NCBI RefSeq assembly: GCF_009914755.1
Contig: NC_060929.1
From: the human T2T-CHM13v2.0 reference genome, Homo sapiens
Direction: 5' to 3' (one strand)
Length of the DNA: 64,000 nt
Below are positions 28,571-42,659 of the stretch, piece by piece; positions within the stretch are counted from its first letter, which is position 1; each line of letters begins with the position of its first letter. A program made the translations under genes and the position numbers. The notes under the pieces were generated by a model that was not told the origin of the DNA, did no database searches, and saw nothing but the letters and a program-made list of their open reading frames with translations.

Positions 28571-30390
28571 TTGCTCCATAATTTTTTAGGACATATTTAA
28601 AGTATTTAAATCTGAATGATGAATAATAGTATTATCATTCTTCTTAAAATATGAAATATTTGAGAAATAAAATTTCTCAAAATATGAAAGTTTTGATGCA
28701 TGCATAATACTAGTATCATATATTTAACAAATAACTTAAAAATCCTCATAAAGCATTCTAGAGAGAGAAAAACATCATGTTATAGTAGAAATGTTTTATG
28801 TGGGCCCTGGAGAGTTAAGTTTAAGAAACAACTAACAATTGTTTTAGAAAAGAATAAAAAATGGCAAATAAAATATAAAAGTTGAGCACAACAGCTTGGT
28901 CAAAGATTTTTAAAAATCCAGGCAATTCTAGGTACTGGAAAGAATATAGGAATATGGAAATGCTTGTTCCCTGCTGGTAAATTGTTATAACTATCTGGAG
29001 ATCACTTTGAATTTAGCTTGTAAAATTAAAGATGCATGTAAATTAATTCTCTGCAATGAGTATCCTAGGTATAAGCTCTAGAGAAATCACTGCTCGTGTG
29101 CATTAATATGCATACAAGTATGTTTTTAGAGATGTCGTTTGTTATGACAGGTAGTAGAACCATACCAAATGTCTGTTGTCAGAAGAATAGATTCATATAA
29201 TGAGGTGAATTCATAAAGTAGATTACTATGTAACAATGAAAATTAATGGATTGCAGCTGTTTTCTTCATCAAAGATATATCTACAATATAATTTTGGGTT
29301 AAAAATATTAGTTGCAATACACTTTCTTGGTACACAGTACTGTGTACATACAGGATTATACAATTATGCAATGTTCCAAATATACAAACCATAATCCTAT
29401 TTTACTATGATTTCATGCATATATGAAAATTCATAATAAAAGGCAAGGAGTAATGGCTCATAAATGTGTAAAAGAAAATAACTTTGGGGATGTCTTCATA
29501 AAGGTTTTTATCATGCTTTATGTAGTAAATTGGATGGTTTTTCCTTAAAAAATGTTGACCTCAGGTAATAATGAAATATGTTTCATTATAGTTAGTATAT
29601 TTATTTTTATTGCCAACAGTATTGGAGAATATATTTATATAAAAATAAAATAATGTTTTTATAATTTAGAGTTGGCAGGCAATATACTGTATGTAAGAAA
29701 GTAAAATGTTAATTTGAAAATTAACTTCAAATAAATTCTAACAAAAATGTTGCTCTATTGTGAATTTGCTGATGGATCTTTCAAAACCTGTTGAGAGACA
29801 GTAGCAATACTGGTATTCTTTAAAGACATAAATAAGTATCCCTTAAAGATGTGAAGAAATCTTCAATATTTTTAATTTAGGTATTATTAGAAGAAGGCTT
29901 ATTGGTTTGTTGTTTTTATTTTTCAGGAAGATAATTTGGAAAAATGAACACATTCATCAACCTGACCTAATTTGTTCATTATCTAATACAAGTGAAACAT
30001 AAAATATTTACGTAATATTAACTGGATATTCTTTCTATTAAACTACGTACAAGTAAAAATGATGAAGTATTTTTATAGCACACTATGGGAACAATTTACC
30101 TAAAACTGGGTTTCAAAATTAAGTTCTGTAATGTTCTGGCAAATCACTTCTTCATAGCCATGGTTCTATATTCACGTTTATGTGTGGAATCGCTGGCAAA
30201 TTTTAAAACTTTTACAACTTATATCATTACCTGCATATGTAGTTTGGGAAGCACTTTCCCCAATCTCTCCTACGTATGTAAGTTTGTACTTCTAACCTCA
30301 TCATATCAAACGCCAAAAGCATTCCATTACACTTATAAAATACTTGTCCATTTGAATATTTTTAGTTATGGAGACAAGAAGATCTCAAAT

Positions 30391-31648
30391 TTGTTGGTAA
30401 ACAATTCTCCATAGTCTCTTGTATTTTTGCATGTCTTGTGAGTAGAGATAGTGCCTGCCTTTGGTCTAGACCATCATTTCAAGGATGTGTTTGGCATGAG
30501 CTGCCTTGAAATTAGAGATCGTGTCTCCACTAGAGGCAATAACAGGCTTACTTGTCAAATTAGCTTAATATCTCCTTTGGAGCCAAATTCAGGAAGGCTG
30601 ACAGCCTGTGACAGTTAATTTTATATGTCAACTCAGCGGTGCCATGGGGTGTCCAGATACAGTCATGCACCATTTAATGATGGAGATACCTTCTGAGAAA
30701 TGCATTGTTAGGCAATTCCATTGTTGTGTGAACATTATAGAGTATACTCACCAAACCTAGATGGTGCAGCCTACTGCACACCTGGCCTATATGGTATAGC
30801 CTATTGCTCCTGGGCTACAAATCTGAACAGCGTGTTACTGCAGTCAATACTGTAGGCAATTGTAACACATTTATAAATATTTGTGTGTCTAAACACAGAA
30901 AAGTTCTGGTAAAAATATGGTCTTATAAACTTATGGGACCTCTGTTGGATGTGCAATTCATCCTAGACTGAAACATCGCTATGCTATGCATGACTGTATC
31001 TGATTAAACATTATTCTGGGTGTGTCTGTGAGAGTATTTCTGGCTGAGATTAACATTTGAATTGATAGACTGAGTAAAGTAGATTGCCCTCCCTAATGTG
31101 GGAACACTTCATCTCATCAGTTGAGGCACTAAATAGAACTAAAATGATGTTTAAGAGGAAAATTATTTAGCTACCTTTGAATTGGGACATCAGCTTTTTC
31201 TCTGCCTTTGACTTGAACTGAAACATTGGCTCATCTTGAATATTGATCCTGCCAGTTTTTGGGATAGAACTACACCATTTCTCCTGAATCTCAAGCCTTC
31301 CAATTCACCCTGCAGTTCTTGGGATCTGTCAGTTTCCATAATAATGTAAGCAAAGTCCTTACAAAAATTTTTTTCTCTCTGTCTCTCTGAATATATGTAA
31401 CTATATTCATTCTGTTATCATTTTGTTCTCTTCATATAAGTGGGAGAAACTGAGGAAACTAAATCTCGAGGAACTGGTACAAATACTAATACTCTGGCTA
31501 CTGCTATTGTAAAGAATGATAAATTCATTTATCTCTGACCCGTGAGTCCCGTGTCTTCTGTCAGCATTCATAATACTGTTATTGTAGGTGGCTCACTCAT
31601 TAGTTTGCAGGTACAAATAAATCTCAACCCCTTTATGAATCTTGACAA
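30391..31648 (+). mobile_element. Nested insertion: LTR40-like ERVL LTR containing an MLT2 LTR (~30607-31390), which contains Tigger3a (30660-30996)
   Basis: Tigger TIRs cagtcatgca/tgcatgactg with TA on both sides; MLT2 start tgtgacagttaattttatatgtcaact resumes after the Tigger; the outer LTR starts tgttggtaaacaattctccat. Confidence 0.72.
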
Positions 31649-32611
31649 AATTTTATTTATAATATCTATTTCTATAACAATATTAAGAAACATATAAACA
31701 GTACCCATTTTCATTTTATGTATATATGTGCAGTGCATCATCACTATTTTACAACCAAGAGTTTTACATTTAAATTTGATAATTTTATTCTACATATTAT
31801 ATTTATAAGGCCTATATTTAAGAGGATGACACAATTTATGTTGATGGAAAAAATGTCCATATGTCTTCATTTTTCACTTGTTAGTAATCCAATTTGAGAA
31901 AATTGTATTCTCTTAGCTACTCTCGCTTCTTTTCCCTGTCATTTATTATTATGTTTCACCTCTGTACACAAGGCTATACGGGGCAATGGTGAGTCAGTAA
32001 GACCGTACTAGTCACAATTCCTGCTGTCACACTGAGAGCGGGCTGCAGCGGGAAGAAGGCAAAAGAGAAGCAGGGCATCTAACACATGCTACTGTTCTAC
32101 ATAGTTTCATAGCAGTCCTGCAAGAAACAGCCAGGATACTTGTAAATGCTGATTCAATTTTTGAAAATTTAAATACAATTTTTTATTTTAATAAGTATTA
32201 CTAGAACATTTTTATATTTGCAGAATAATTACAAAAATAGTATAGTTTTCATATATCCATACCCAGTTTTTTATAATATAATTATTTAAATAATTTTAGT
32301 AAATTTGTCATAAACAATGAAACAATATTTCTACATCATTATTAACTAAAATCCATATTTTAATCAGAATTTTCACATTTTTCCTAATGTCTTTTTTTGT
32401 TGTTATTTTTTCAAGATCACAATCAGGATATTACATCATATCTAGTAGTCGTGTGTCCTCAGTCTCCTCTTGGTTGTGACAGTTTCACAGACTTTTCTTA
32501 TTTTTGATGACCTTGATGACTGGTAGATTACTGAGAAAGTGTTTTCAATTGAGATCTTTTAAATGTTTCACTCATGTTAGACTTTTGGTAGTAGATTTAA
32601 TAATGACCACC

Positions 32612-32912
32612 CAGGCCATGCATGGTGGTCCATGCCTGTAATTCTAGCACTTGAAAGGCTGAGATGGGCACATCACTTGAGTTCAGGAGTTCGAGACCAG
32701 CCTGGGCAACATGGCAAAACCCCATCTCTACAAAAATTAGTCAAGCGTAGTGACACTTGCCTGTAGTACAAGATCCTTGGGAGGCTGAAGTGGAAGGATC
32801 ACCTGAGCCTGGGAGTTGGAGGCTGCAGTGAGTCAGGATTGCACCACTGCACTCTAGCCTGGGTGACAGAGTGAGATGCTGTCTCAAAAAAAAAAAAAAA
32901 AAAAAAAAAAAA
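32612..32912 (+). mobile_element. AluJ inside an MLT1 LTR (~32585-33350), itself inside an old L1MC-like element
   Basis: Alu consensus with long poly(A); MLT1 motif ccacaagcaaaggaatgctgcagccaccagaag. Confidence 0.8.
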
Positions 32913-34190
32913 CACCAAAAGATATCAGTTTCCAATGACTGGAACATAAAAATATTACCTTCCTACAAAAAGTTTTTAAAGATATCATTTAGTTAAGAAC
33001 ACTGACATAAGGAGATTATCCTGAATTATTTACTTGGACTTAAATCCAATAACAAATGTTCTTTAGGAGAGATAAGATGGAGACATTATACACATAGAAG
33101 ACGAGGAGACAGAGGCAGAGATAGGAGTTGTGTAGCCACAAGCAAAGGAATGCTGCAGCCACCAGAAGATGAAAGAGGCAAAAAACAGATTATCTACTAG
33201 GTTCCTGAAGAAAGTACTGCCCTATGGACACCTGGATTTCAATCCAGTAAAACTTATTGAAACATCTAGCCTCCATAATTGTAAGAGAATAAGTTCCTCT
33301 TATTTTAAAACACTCAATCCTTGGGAATTTAGTAGCCCTGGGAAACTATACACTGCAATAATGTGTTTTCCAGAGGAAGACCACAGAGATAAAGTGGTAT
33401 TTTCACCACATTATATCAAGGCTACATAATCTTTTTTGTCTCTAACTTTTATTTTAGGTTCAGGGGTATACGTGTACATTTGTTACATAGGTAAATTGCA
33501 TGTAACGGAGGTTTGGTGTACAGACTATTTTATCACCCAGGCAATAAGCATAGTACCCAATAGGTAGTTTCTTGATCCTCACCCTCTAACACCCTCCACT
33601 CAAGTCGACCCAGTGTCTGTTGATCTCTTCTTTGGGTCCGTGTGTACTCAAGGTTAAAATCCCACTTATAAGTGAGAGCATGCAGTATTTGATTTACTGT
33701 TTCTGCATTAATTCACTTACGATAATGGCCTCTAGCACCATTTGTATGGCTTCCAAGAACATGATTTCATTATTTTCCTGGCCGTATAGTATTCCATGAT
33801 GTATATGCTATGACATTTTCTTTAACCATTCCACTGTTGATGGGAATCTAGGTTGATTCCATGTCTTCACTATTGTGACTAGTGCTGTGATGCACATATG
33901 CATGCATGTCTTGATGGTAGAACAATTTATGGTCCTTTGGGTATATGATTGCTGGGTCAAATAGTAGTTCTGTTTTAAGTTCTTTGAGAAATCTCCAAAA
34001 ACTGCTTTCTACAATGGCTAAACTAATTTACATTCCCACCAGCAGTATAAGCATCCCTTATTCCCATAAGCTTGCCATCTGTAATTTTTTGACATTTTAA
34101 TAATAGTCATTCTGACTAGTATGAGATGGTATCTCGTTGTGGTTTTCATTTGCATTTCTCTGATGACTAGTGATGTTGAACATTGTTTCA

Positions 34191-34578
<388 letters not shown>

Positions 34579-36671
34579 GAAAAGTGTCTGTGCTCTTTGT
34601 CCACTTTTTAATGGGATTATTTTTGCTAGTTAATTTATTTAAGTTCCCGTAGATTCTGGATATTACACCTTTGTGAGAGGCATAATTTGAAAATGTTTTC
34701 TCCCATCATACAGATTGCCTGTTTACTCTGTTAGTTTCTTTTGATCTGCTGAAACTCTTTAGTTTAATTTGGTCCCTTTTGTCAATTTTTGTTTTTGTAG
34801 CAATTGCTTCTGGTATCTTCATCATAAAATTTTTGCTAGGGCCTATGTCTAGAATAATATTTCAAAGATTATCTTCCAGGGTTTTTATAGATTTAGATTT
34901 TACTCTTAAGTCTCTAATCCATCTTGTGGTTTTGTTTGTTTTGTTTTTTGTCTATGGTGTAAGGAAGGGATTCAGTTTCAATCTTCTGCATATATTTAGC
35001 CAGTTATCCCAACATCATTTACTGAATAGGGATTCTTTTCCCCATTGCTTGTTTTTGTCAATGTTGTAGAAAATCAGATGGTTGTAGGTGTATAACATTA
35101 TTTCTGGGCTTTCTATTCTATTCCATTGATTTATGTGTCTGTGTTTGCACCAGTACCATGCTGTCTTGGTTACTGTAGCCTTGTGGTATAGTTTGAAGTC
35201 AGGTAGCATGATGGCTCCAGCTTTTTTCTTTTTGCTTAGGATTGCCTTGAGTATCCAGGATCTTATTTGGTTTGATACACATTTTAAAATATTTTTTTCC
35301 TGATTCTATGAAAAATATCACTGGTAGTTTGAGAGGAAAAACATTGAATCTGCAAATTGCTTTGGGCAGTATGGCCATTTTAACAATGTTGATTATTCCT
35401 ATCCATGAGCATTAAATATTTTTCCATTTATTTATGTTAGCTCTGATTTCTTTGAGCAACATTTTATAATTCCCATTATAGAGATCTTTCTCCTCCTTAG
35501 TTAGTTGTATCCCTAGCTATTTTATTCTTTTTGTGGCTATAGTGAACCAGATTACAGTCTTGATTTTACTTTCAGCTTGGATGTTGTTGGTGTATAGAAA
35601 TGCTACTAATTTTTGTATATTGATTTATATCCCGAAACTTTGCTGAACTTGTTTATCAAATCTATGAGCTTTTGGGCAGAAACTATTCAGTTTTCTAAGT
35701 ATGAAATCATATTGTGTAAAAACAGAAACAGTTTGACTTTCTGTCTTCCTATTTTGGATAACTTTTATTTCTTTCTCTTGCCTGATTGCTCTGGCTAGGA
35801 TTTCCAGTATATATTTTATGGGAGTGGTGAGACTGGGCATCCTTGGATTGTTCCTGTTCTCAAGGGGAATGCTTCCAGCTTTTTCACATTCAGTTTGATG
35901 TTGGCTGTGGGTTTGTTATAGATGATTGTTACTATGTTGAGGTATGTTCCTTCAATGCTTAGTTCATTGAGGGTTTTTAATATGAAGGGATGCTAAATTT
36001 TATCAAAAGGCTTTTTTTAGTCTATTGAAGTTATCAGGTAGTTTTTGTTTTTAGTTCTATTTGTGTGATGTATCACGTCTATAGACTTATGTGAGTTAAA
36101 ACAATGTTGAATCTCAGGATAAAGACTACTTAATTTTAGTGGATTAGCTTTTTGATGTGCTGCTGGATTCTGGTTGCAAGTATTTTGTTGAGGATTTTTG
36201 CATCAGTGTTCCTCAGAGTTATTGGCCTGGAGTTTTTTTTCTTTTTCTTATGTCTTTGCCAAGTTTTGGTATCAAGGTGATGTTGGCGTCAATGAATGAA
36301 TTACAGAGGAGTATCTTCTCAATTTTTTGGAATAGTTTCAGTGTGAATGATACTAGCTCTTTATGTTTTGAAGAATTAAGCTATAAACCCATGTGGTCCT
36401 GAGCTTTTTCTGGTCCGTAGGCTTGTTATTACTGATTCAATTTCAGAACTTGTTGTTGGTCTATTCAGGGATTCAATTTCCTGCTGGTTCGACCATGGAA
36501 GGTTGTACATTTTGAGGAATGTATCCACCTCTTCTAGGTTTTCTAGTTTGTGTACAAAGAGGTGCTCATAGTAGCCTCTGAGAGTGTTTTTATTTCTATG
36601 GGGTTGGTGGTAATGTGCCCTTTGTCATTTATGATTGTGTTTATTTGGTTATTCTGTTTTTGTTTTTCTTT

Positions 36672-36705
36672 TTTTTTTTTTTTTGAGATGGAGTCTCGCT
36701 CTGTC
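36672..36705 (-). mobile_element. Ultra-short 5'-truncated Alu (21 bp plus poly(A))
   Basis: T-run plus gagatggagtctcgctctgtc, flanked by ttttcttt on both sides, interrupting L1 sequence. Confidence 0.75.
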
Positions 36706-36836
36706 TTTTCTTTATTAGTCTAGCTAGTGGTCTATCTATCGTATTAGTCGTTCAAAGAACCAACTACTGTATTCATTGACCTTTCTTATGGTTTTTCTTT
36801 CATATCACAATTTCCTTCAGTTCAGTTCTGATTTAG

Positions 36837-37234
<398 letters not shown>

Positions 37235-40200
37235 GGGATCTTTCTAACTTTTTGATGTGTGTGTTTAGAGTTAAATGTTTCCCTCTAAACACTGCTTTAC
37301 CTGTGTCCTAGAGATTCTGGTATGTTGTATCTTTGTTCTCATTAGTTTCAGATAACTTCTTGGTTTCTCCCTCAATTTCATTACTTACTGAGAAGTTATT
37401 CAGGGGCAGGTTGTTTGATTTCCATGCAATGCAATGGTTTTGAGCAATTTTCTTAGTATTGATTTCTATTTTTATTGCACTGTGGTCTGAGAGTTTGTTT
37501 GGTATTATTTTAGTTTTTTTTAATTTTTAGAGAATTGTTTTATGTTTGATTGTGTGGTGGACTTTAGAGTATTTTCTATATGGGAAAAAAGAAGAATGTA
37601 TGTAATGTGTTGGTTTTGAATAGAGAGTTCTGTAGATGTCTCCTAAGTCCATTTGGTCAAATATCAAGTTTAGGTCCCAGCTATCTTTGTTAGCTTTCTG
37701 CCTATATGATCTGTTTAATATTGTCAGTGTGGTGGTGAAGTCTCCCACTATTATTATGCAGTTATATAAGTCTCTTCATAGGTCTCTAAGAACTTACTTT
37801 ATGAATCTGGGTGATCCTGTGTTGGGTGAATATATATTTAGGATATTTAGATCTTATTGTTCAGTTGAACACTTCACTTTTATGTAATGCTCCTCTTTTT
37901 GTCTTTTTTGATTATGGCTAAAAGTCTGTTTTTTCTAAAATTAGAATATCAACTTCTGCTCTTTTCTGTTTTCCGTTTGGTTGGCAGATTTTTCTTCATC
38001 CCTTTACTTTGAGCCTATGGGTATCATTGCATGTGAAATGGATCTCTTGAGTCTTGCTTCTTTATCCAATATGCTACTCTGTGCCTTTTAATTGAAGCAT
38101 ATATCCCATTTACATTCAAGGTTAATATTAACATATACAGATTTGATCTTGTCATTATGTTGTTAGCTGGTTTTTGTGCAGACTTGATTGTGGGGTTGCT
38201 TTATAGTGGCAATGCTCTATGTATGTAAACGCATTTTTGTGGTGGTCAATAATGGTCTTTCCTTTCCATACTTAGCACTTCCTTAAGGACCTCTTGTAAG
38301 ACAGGTTGAATGGTAATGAATTATTTCAAAATTTACCTGTCTGAAAAGGATTATATTTCTTCTTTGATTATTAAGCTTGTGTGGCTGGATATGAAATTCT
38401 TGGGTGGAATTTATTTTTTTAATAAGCTAAATATAGGGTCTCAATCTCTTCTGGCTTGTAGGGTTTCTGCTGAAAGTTCTGCTGTTAGCCTAGAGGGGTT
38501 CCTTTTGAAAGTGACCTGCCTCTTTTCTCTAGCTTCACAGAACATTTTTTTTTTATTTCAAATGTGAAAAATTTGATGCCAATGTGTCTTGGGTATGGCC
38601 ATCTTGAATGGCATCTCTCAGGTGTTGTCTGCATTTCCTAAATTTGAATGTTGGCCTCTCTAGCAAGGTTAGGGAAATTTTCATGGACAATTTCCTAAAA
38701 GTCTTTTTTCCAAGTTGCTTGCTTTCTCTCTCTTTCAGAGATGCCAATGTCATAGATTTGGGTCTCTTTACATAATTCCATATTTCTTGAAGGTTTTTCT
38801 TTCTTCTTCATTGTTTTTTTCTTTATTTTGGTCTGAGTTATTTTGGACAACCGGTCTTCTAGCTCTGAAGTTCCTCAGCTTGGTCAATTCTGCTGTTAAT
38901 GTTTGCAATTGTGTTATGCAATTCTTGAAGTAAGTTTGTAAGCAGTATCAGATCAGTTTGGTTCTTTCTGAAAAATGGCCATTTTCTCTTTCATCTCCTG
39001 ATCATTTTATTATATTCTTAGAGTCTTTGGATTGAGTTTAGACTTCATCCTGATTCTTGATGAGCTTTGTTTCTGTTTATATTATGAATTCTATTTCTGT
39101 TGCTTCATTCATTTTAATTGCTAAGGACCATTGCTGAGGAACTAGTGTCATTGCCTGGAGGTGAGAAGACAGTCTGGCTTTGCAAGTTTTCAGAGTTCTT
39201 GTACTGTTTCTTTCTCATCTTTGTGGCCTGGTGTTCCTTCAGTCTTTTATGTTGTCCTTTGAGTGTGTGTTTTTTTTTTTCTTTTATCTTCTTTGGTGCA
39301 CTTGGAGGTTTGATTGTGGTATATGGTGGGTTCAGTTGACTGGCCCCATTTCTGAAAGATTTTAGGGGGCCAAGATTCAGCACAGCACTCCTGGAATATG
39401 TACTCTAACTCTTGGGGATTGGCACGGAGTCCCAGCTTTGTTATCTGGCCCCTTGAATTTAAAAACATGCTGCACTGGAAGATCCAAGGTGTTTCCAATC
39501 TGCTGGCCACAGCAGTCTGATGGGTGGTGATGGTTAAAGGGTTTTGTCACCCAGTGGCAGTGGGATCTGTTCTCTCTTGTGCATGCCAGCAGCCACAGCA
39601 GTGCAGCAATTGTGCATGTGTGTTGACTGGGTGGGTGGTTACCTGGGAAGCAGAGCTGCAGTGTTCCCGTGTGCTTGCACTGGTGGTGTGGTGGGGGCAC
39701 GGTGCAGGTGAGGACAGGGTTGTCAGTGTCTGTGCACACTTTGCTGCAGCTGCATGTCAGCACAAGTGAGGCAGAATTTTTAGGGTTTGTTCCCTGTTGG
39801 TACCAGCTATGGCAGCATTGCTGGGTCCCCACATGTCATGGAGTAGGGGCTCTTTGGGATGTGATCATCTTGTAGTGGCAGGAGTTGTGCAGAGTGGCGC
39901 TTGTGTGCCCACTGGTGAGAGGAAGCTAATTGCATGTGTGTGTATGCAGGCATGGGTAATATCAGTGGGTGATGGCCTTGGGCGAGTGTGTGCCAGCAAC
40001 ATGGTGTGGGGGAGGTTGTTGTGGAGGGAGAGTGTGGGTGGCCTGGTGAACTTTGGCAGGGGCCACTCTGTTGGAGCTTTCCAATGGTCAAGCGTGGTTT
40101 ACCAGCCAACGAGTTATGATGAGGGCCACCAAGAAACACCCTGGTTAGATGTCCTAGGATGCACTGCACATGGAAGCAGCTAGGCTGAGGCCCCAGGAGA

Positions 40201-41174
40201 GGACAGCAGATGGGGGTGTCCTCAGATCAGACTGGCCCCATCCCATGGGCAAGACCTCTACTGCCCTGTTCAGGTTCAACAGTCATTCCAAAGCTAAACC
40301 TTCCTAGAGGAGCATGATAAGCCTTGGGGGGGATGGGTGTCCTTGCCTGTGCTCCATAGCAGACACTCCTGCACCAAACACTCTGGGCTCCACAAAGGGT
40401 GGGGTCCTACCCCTACCACCTAGACAAACAGTTCTTTGTAGCAGCTCAGGTGTCTGTTGGGATTGTAGAGTCCCCTGATGCCAGGATCCTGGAAGGCTGT
40501 GACAAGAGTGAGTCACTCCTTGCCTGTTCAATTCACCCCTTCGTCAGGAATCTCTGGGAGCCAGGAACAAGTCCTGATGCTTGGTAGCCCCATGCAGGGT
40601 TCCCAGCTTCCTTCCTCTCTAGATCAGCGACGGTGTCCTCTGTCCATCTTACATGAGTATGTCTAGAGTGTACTAGTCTTCCCAGTGTCCTGGTCTCCTT
40701 TGGACAGCTATTTGTCCTTGCTGCATCTAGTCAGCCATCTTGGCTCCTGGTTTCTCAGGGATCAACACTTTTCATATGACATCACTTTGATGTGAACCTT
40801 ATCTTTGGCTTGAGGTAGTATTTTTCATTTTTCCCCAATGTGAAATTGCTTTTGTGTTTTTCTTCCCTTTCTGTGTTGTATTCGCTGGAAGAAAAGCACT
40901 GTGCACAGCCCACTTAAATAGTGGGGAGTTATTCTCTACCTCCTTGCCACGGGAGTGTTTTCATAAATTATTTGGAATTTTACATAGTATATTTGATTAT
41001 TTTCCCATCAATTTTTTATTCAATCATTTATTAATGTTGGAATGATTCTGTTAATATTTGTTTTACATTTTAGGTTTTAAGCCGAGCTACTTTATTTATG
41101 TTGTTCAGAATGCTTGGCCATTGGTGGTGGTGGTCAGGGGTGTCTTTCAGATGTCTTTTATACCATTTTTTATT

Positions 41175-41440
41175 TTATTTTTAAGAGACAGTGTCTGCTG
41201 CTCTGTTGCCAGAGCTGGATCACATTGGCACCATCACGGCTCACTGCAGCCTCGACCTCTGGGCTCAAGTGAATCTCCCGCTGCAGCCTCCCGAATAGCT
41301 GAAACTACAGACACATGCCACCATACCCAGGTAATTTGTATATCTTTTGTTGAGATGGGGACTTTCTATGTTGCCCAGGTTTGTCTTGAACTCTTGGCCT
41401 CAAACAAACCTCTCATCTCAGCTTTCCAAAGTGCTCAGTA
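41175..41440 (-). mobile_element. AluJ
   Basis: Diverged Alu consensus. Confidence 0.8.
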
Positions 41441-42659
41441 TCCTTTTGACATATCATAATCTTCTCCACCCCCACCAGCATCGGGTAATTATTGATGGTA
41501 CACTATGATCTATGCTTATCTTGTATATTTCCTGACTCAAACCTGGTATCAATCATTTCACCAAGGAGCTCTGGGTCTTTTTGTCATAGAATAGTGTTAG
41601 AAATCAAAATGTGGGTCACTATGTGTGCTAGTTGCCATTGGCTTCAACTCTACTTTTAACTTATTTGAGTAATTATAGAAAAGTGAGTTTCTTGTAACAG
41701 CACAATTGGGTCTTTTTGTTTTTTGGTCCACTCTTACAATCTTTTTATCTTGATTGGTATATTTTGATCATTCACAATATTGATGAAATTGGATTAATAG
41801 ATCTATTTTTGTAACTGTTGTCTATTTGTGGCATTTGTTCTTTGTTATTTTTCTTTTCCTGACTTGAATAATTTCAGTTGAGCATCTTATGTGATTCTAT
41901 TTTATCTTCTTTCTTAGTAGATCACATATACCTATTTATTTTTTAATTTTTTAGTGGCTACCCTACAGTTGATGGTATAGATTTGTAATCCGTATAAGTC
42001 TACTTTCAAATAAAACTACCATTTCACATATAGTGCAGGGACACTATGACACAGTGTTTCTAATTCTTGCCTCCCATCCTTTTGACATTGTACCTTTCAT
42101 TTTACTTATTCACATTATATGCTTACATAATACATTGTTATTATCACTGCTTTAAGCAAACGTTATTTTTTAGTGGTTAATGGGTCGGTTAATTAATATT
42201 TTAAAAAACATTTATTTTACCTGTATTTATTCCTTCTCTGACAATTTTTATTTCTTTGTACATAATTAGTAGCCTGACTTATGTTAGTTTAGAAAATGCA
42301 AGAAAAAAGCAAACAATGATGGAAAAGATATTGTGGTAAAATGAATTCTATCACTCTAAGTAATACTGTTATTTGCTTTTTCTTGTTTGTGTATGTGTGT
42401 GTGTGCAAAGTATAACAATATTTACATAGAGATAAAGAAAGTAATAATACTCTATATATGCAGCATTCAAAATTTCTGCCCTTAGGAAGCTAACATGATT
42501 GGTGAAAGTTCAGAAGAAAATGTAATTTGCTTTGTCAATATTGAATCAGAAAACATTTATTCAGTACCAGCAATATTACTGGTGCTGTCCTGGGGAGTGA
42601 GGGTGCAGTTCTTAACACATTCTATCTTTATTTAAGCTTACGACCTCTATACTACTATC

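Noticed and set aside
39114-40666. Cluster of overlapping 70-150 aa ORFs in GC-rich DNA
   Set aside because: Lies in the 5'UTR/ORF1 start of the decayed L1PB; long ORFs are expected from GC content.
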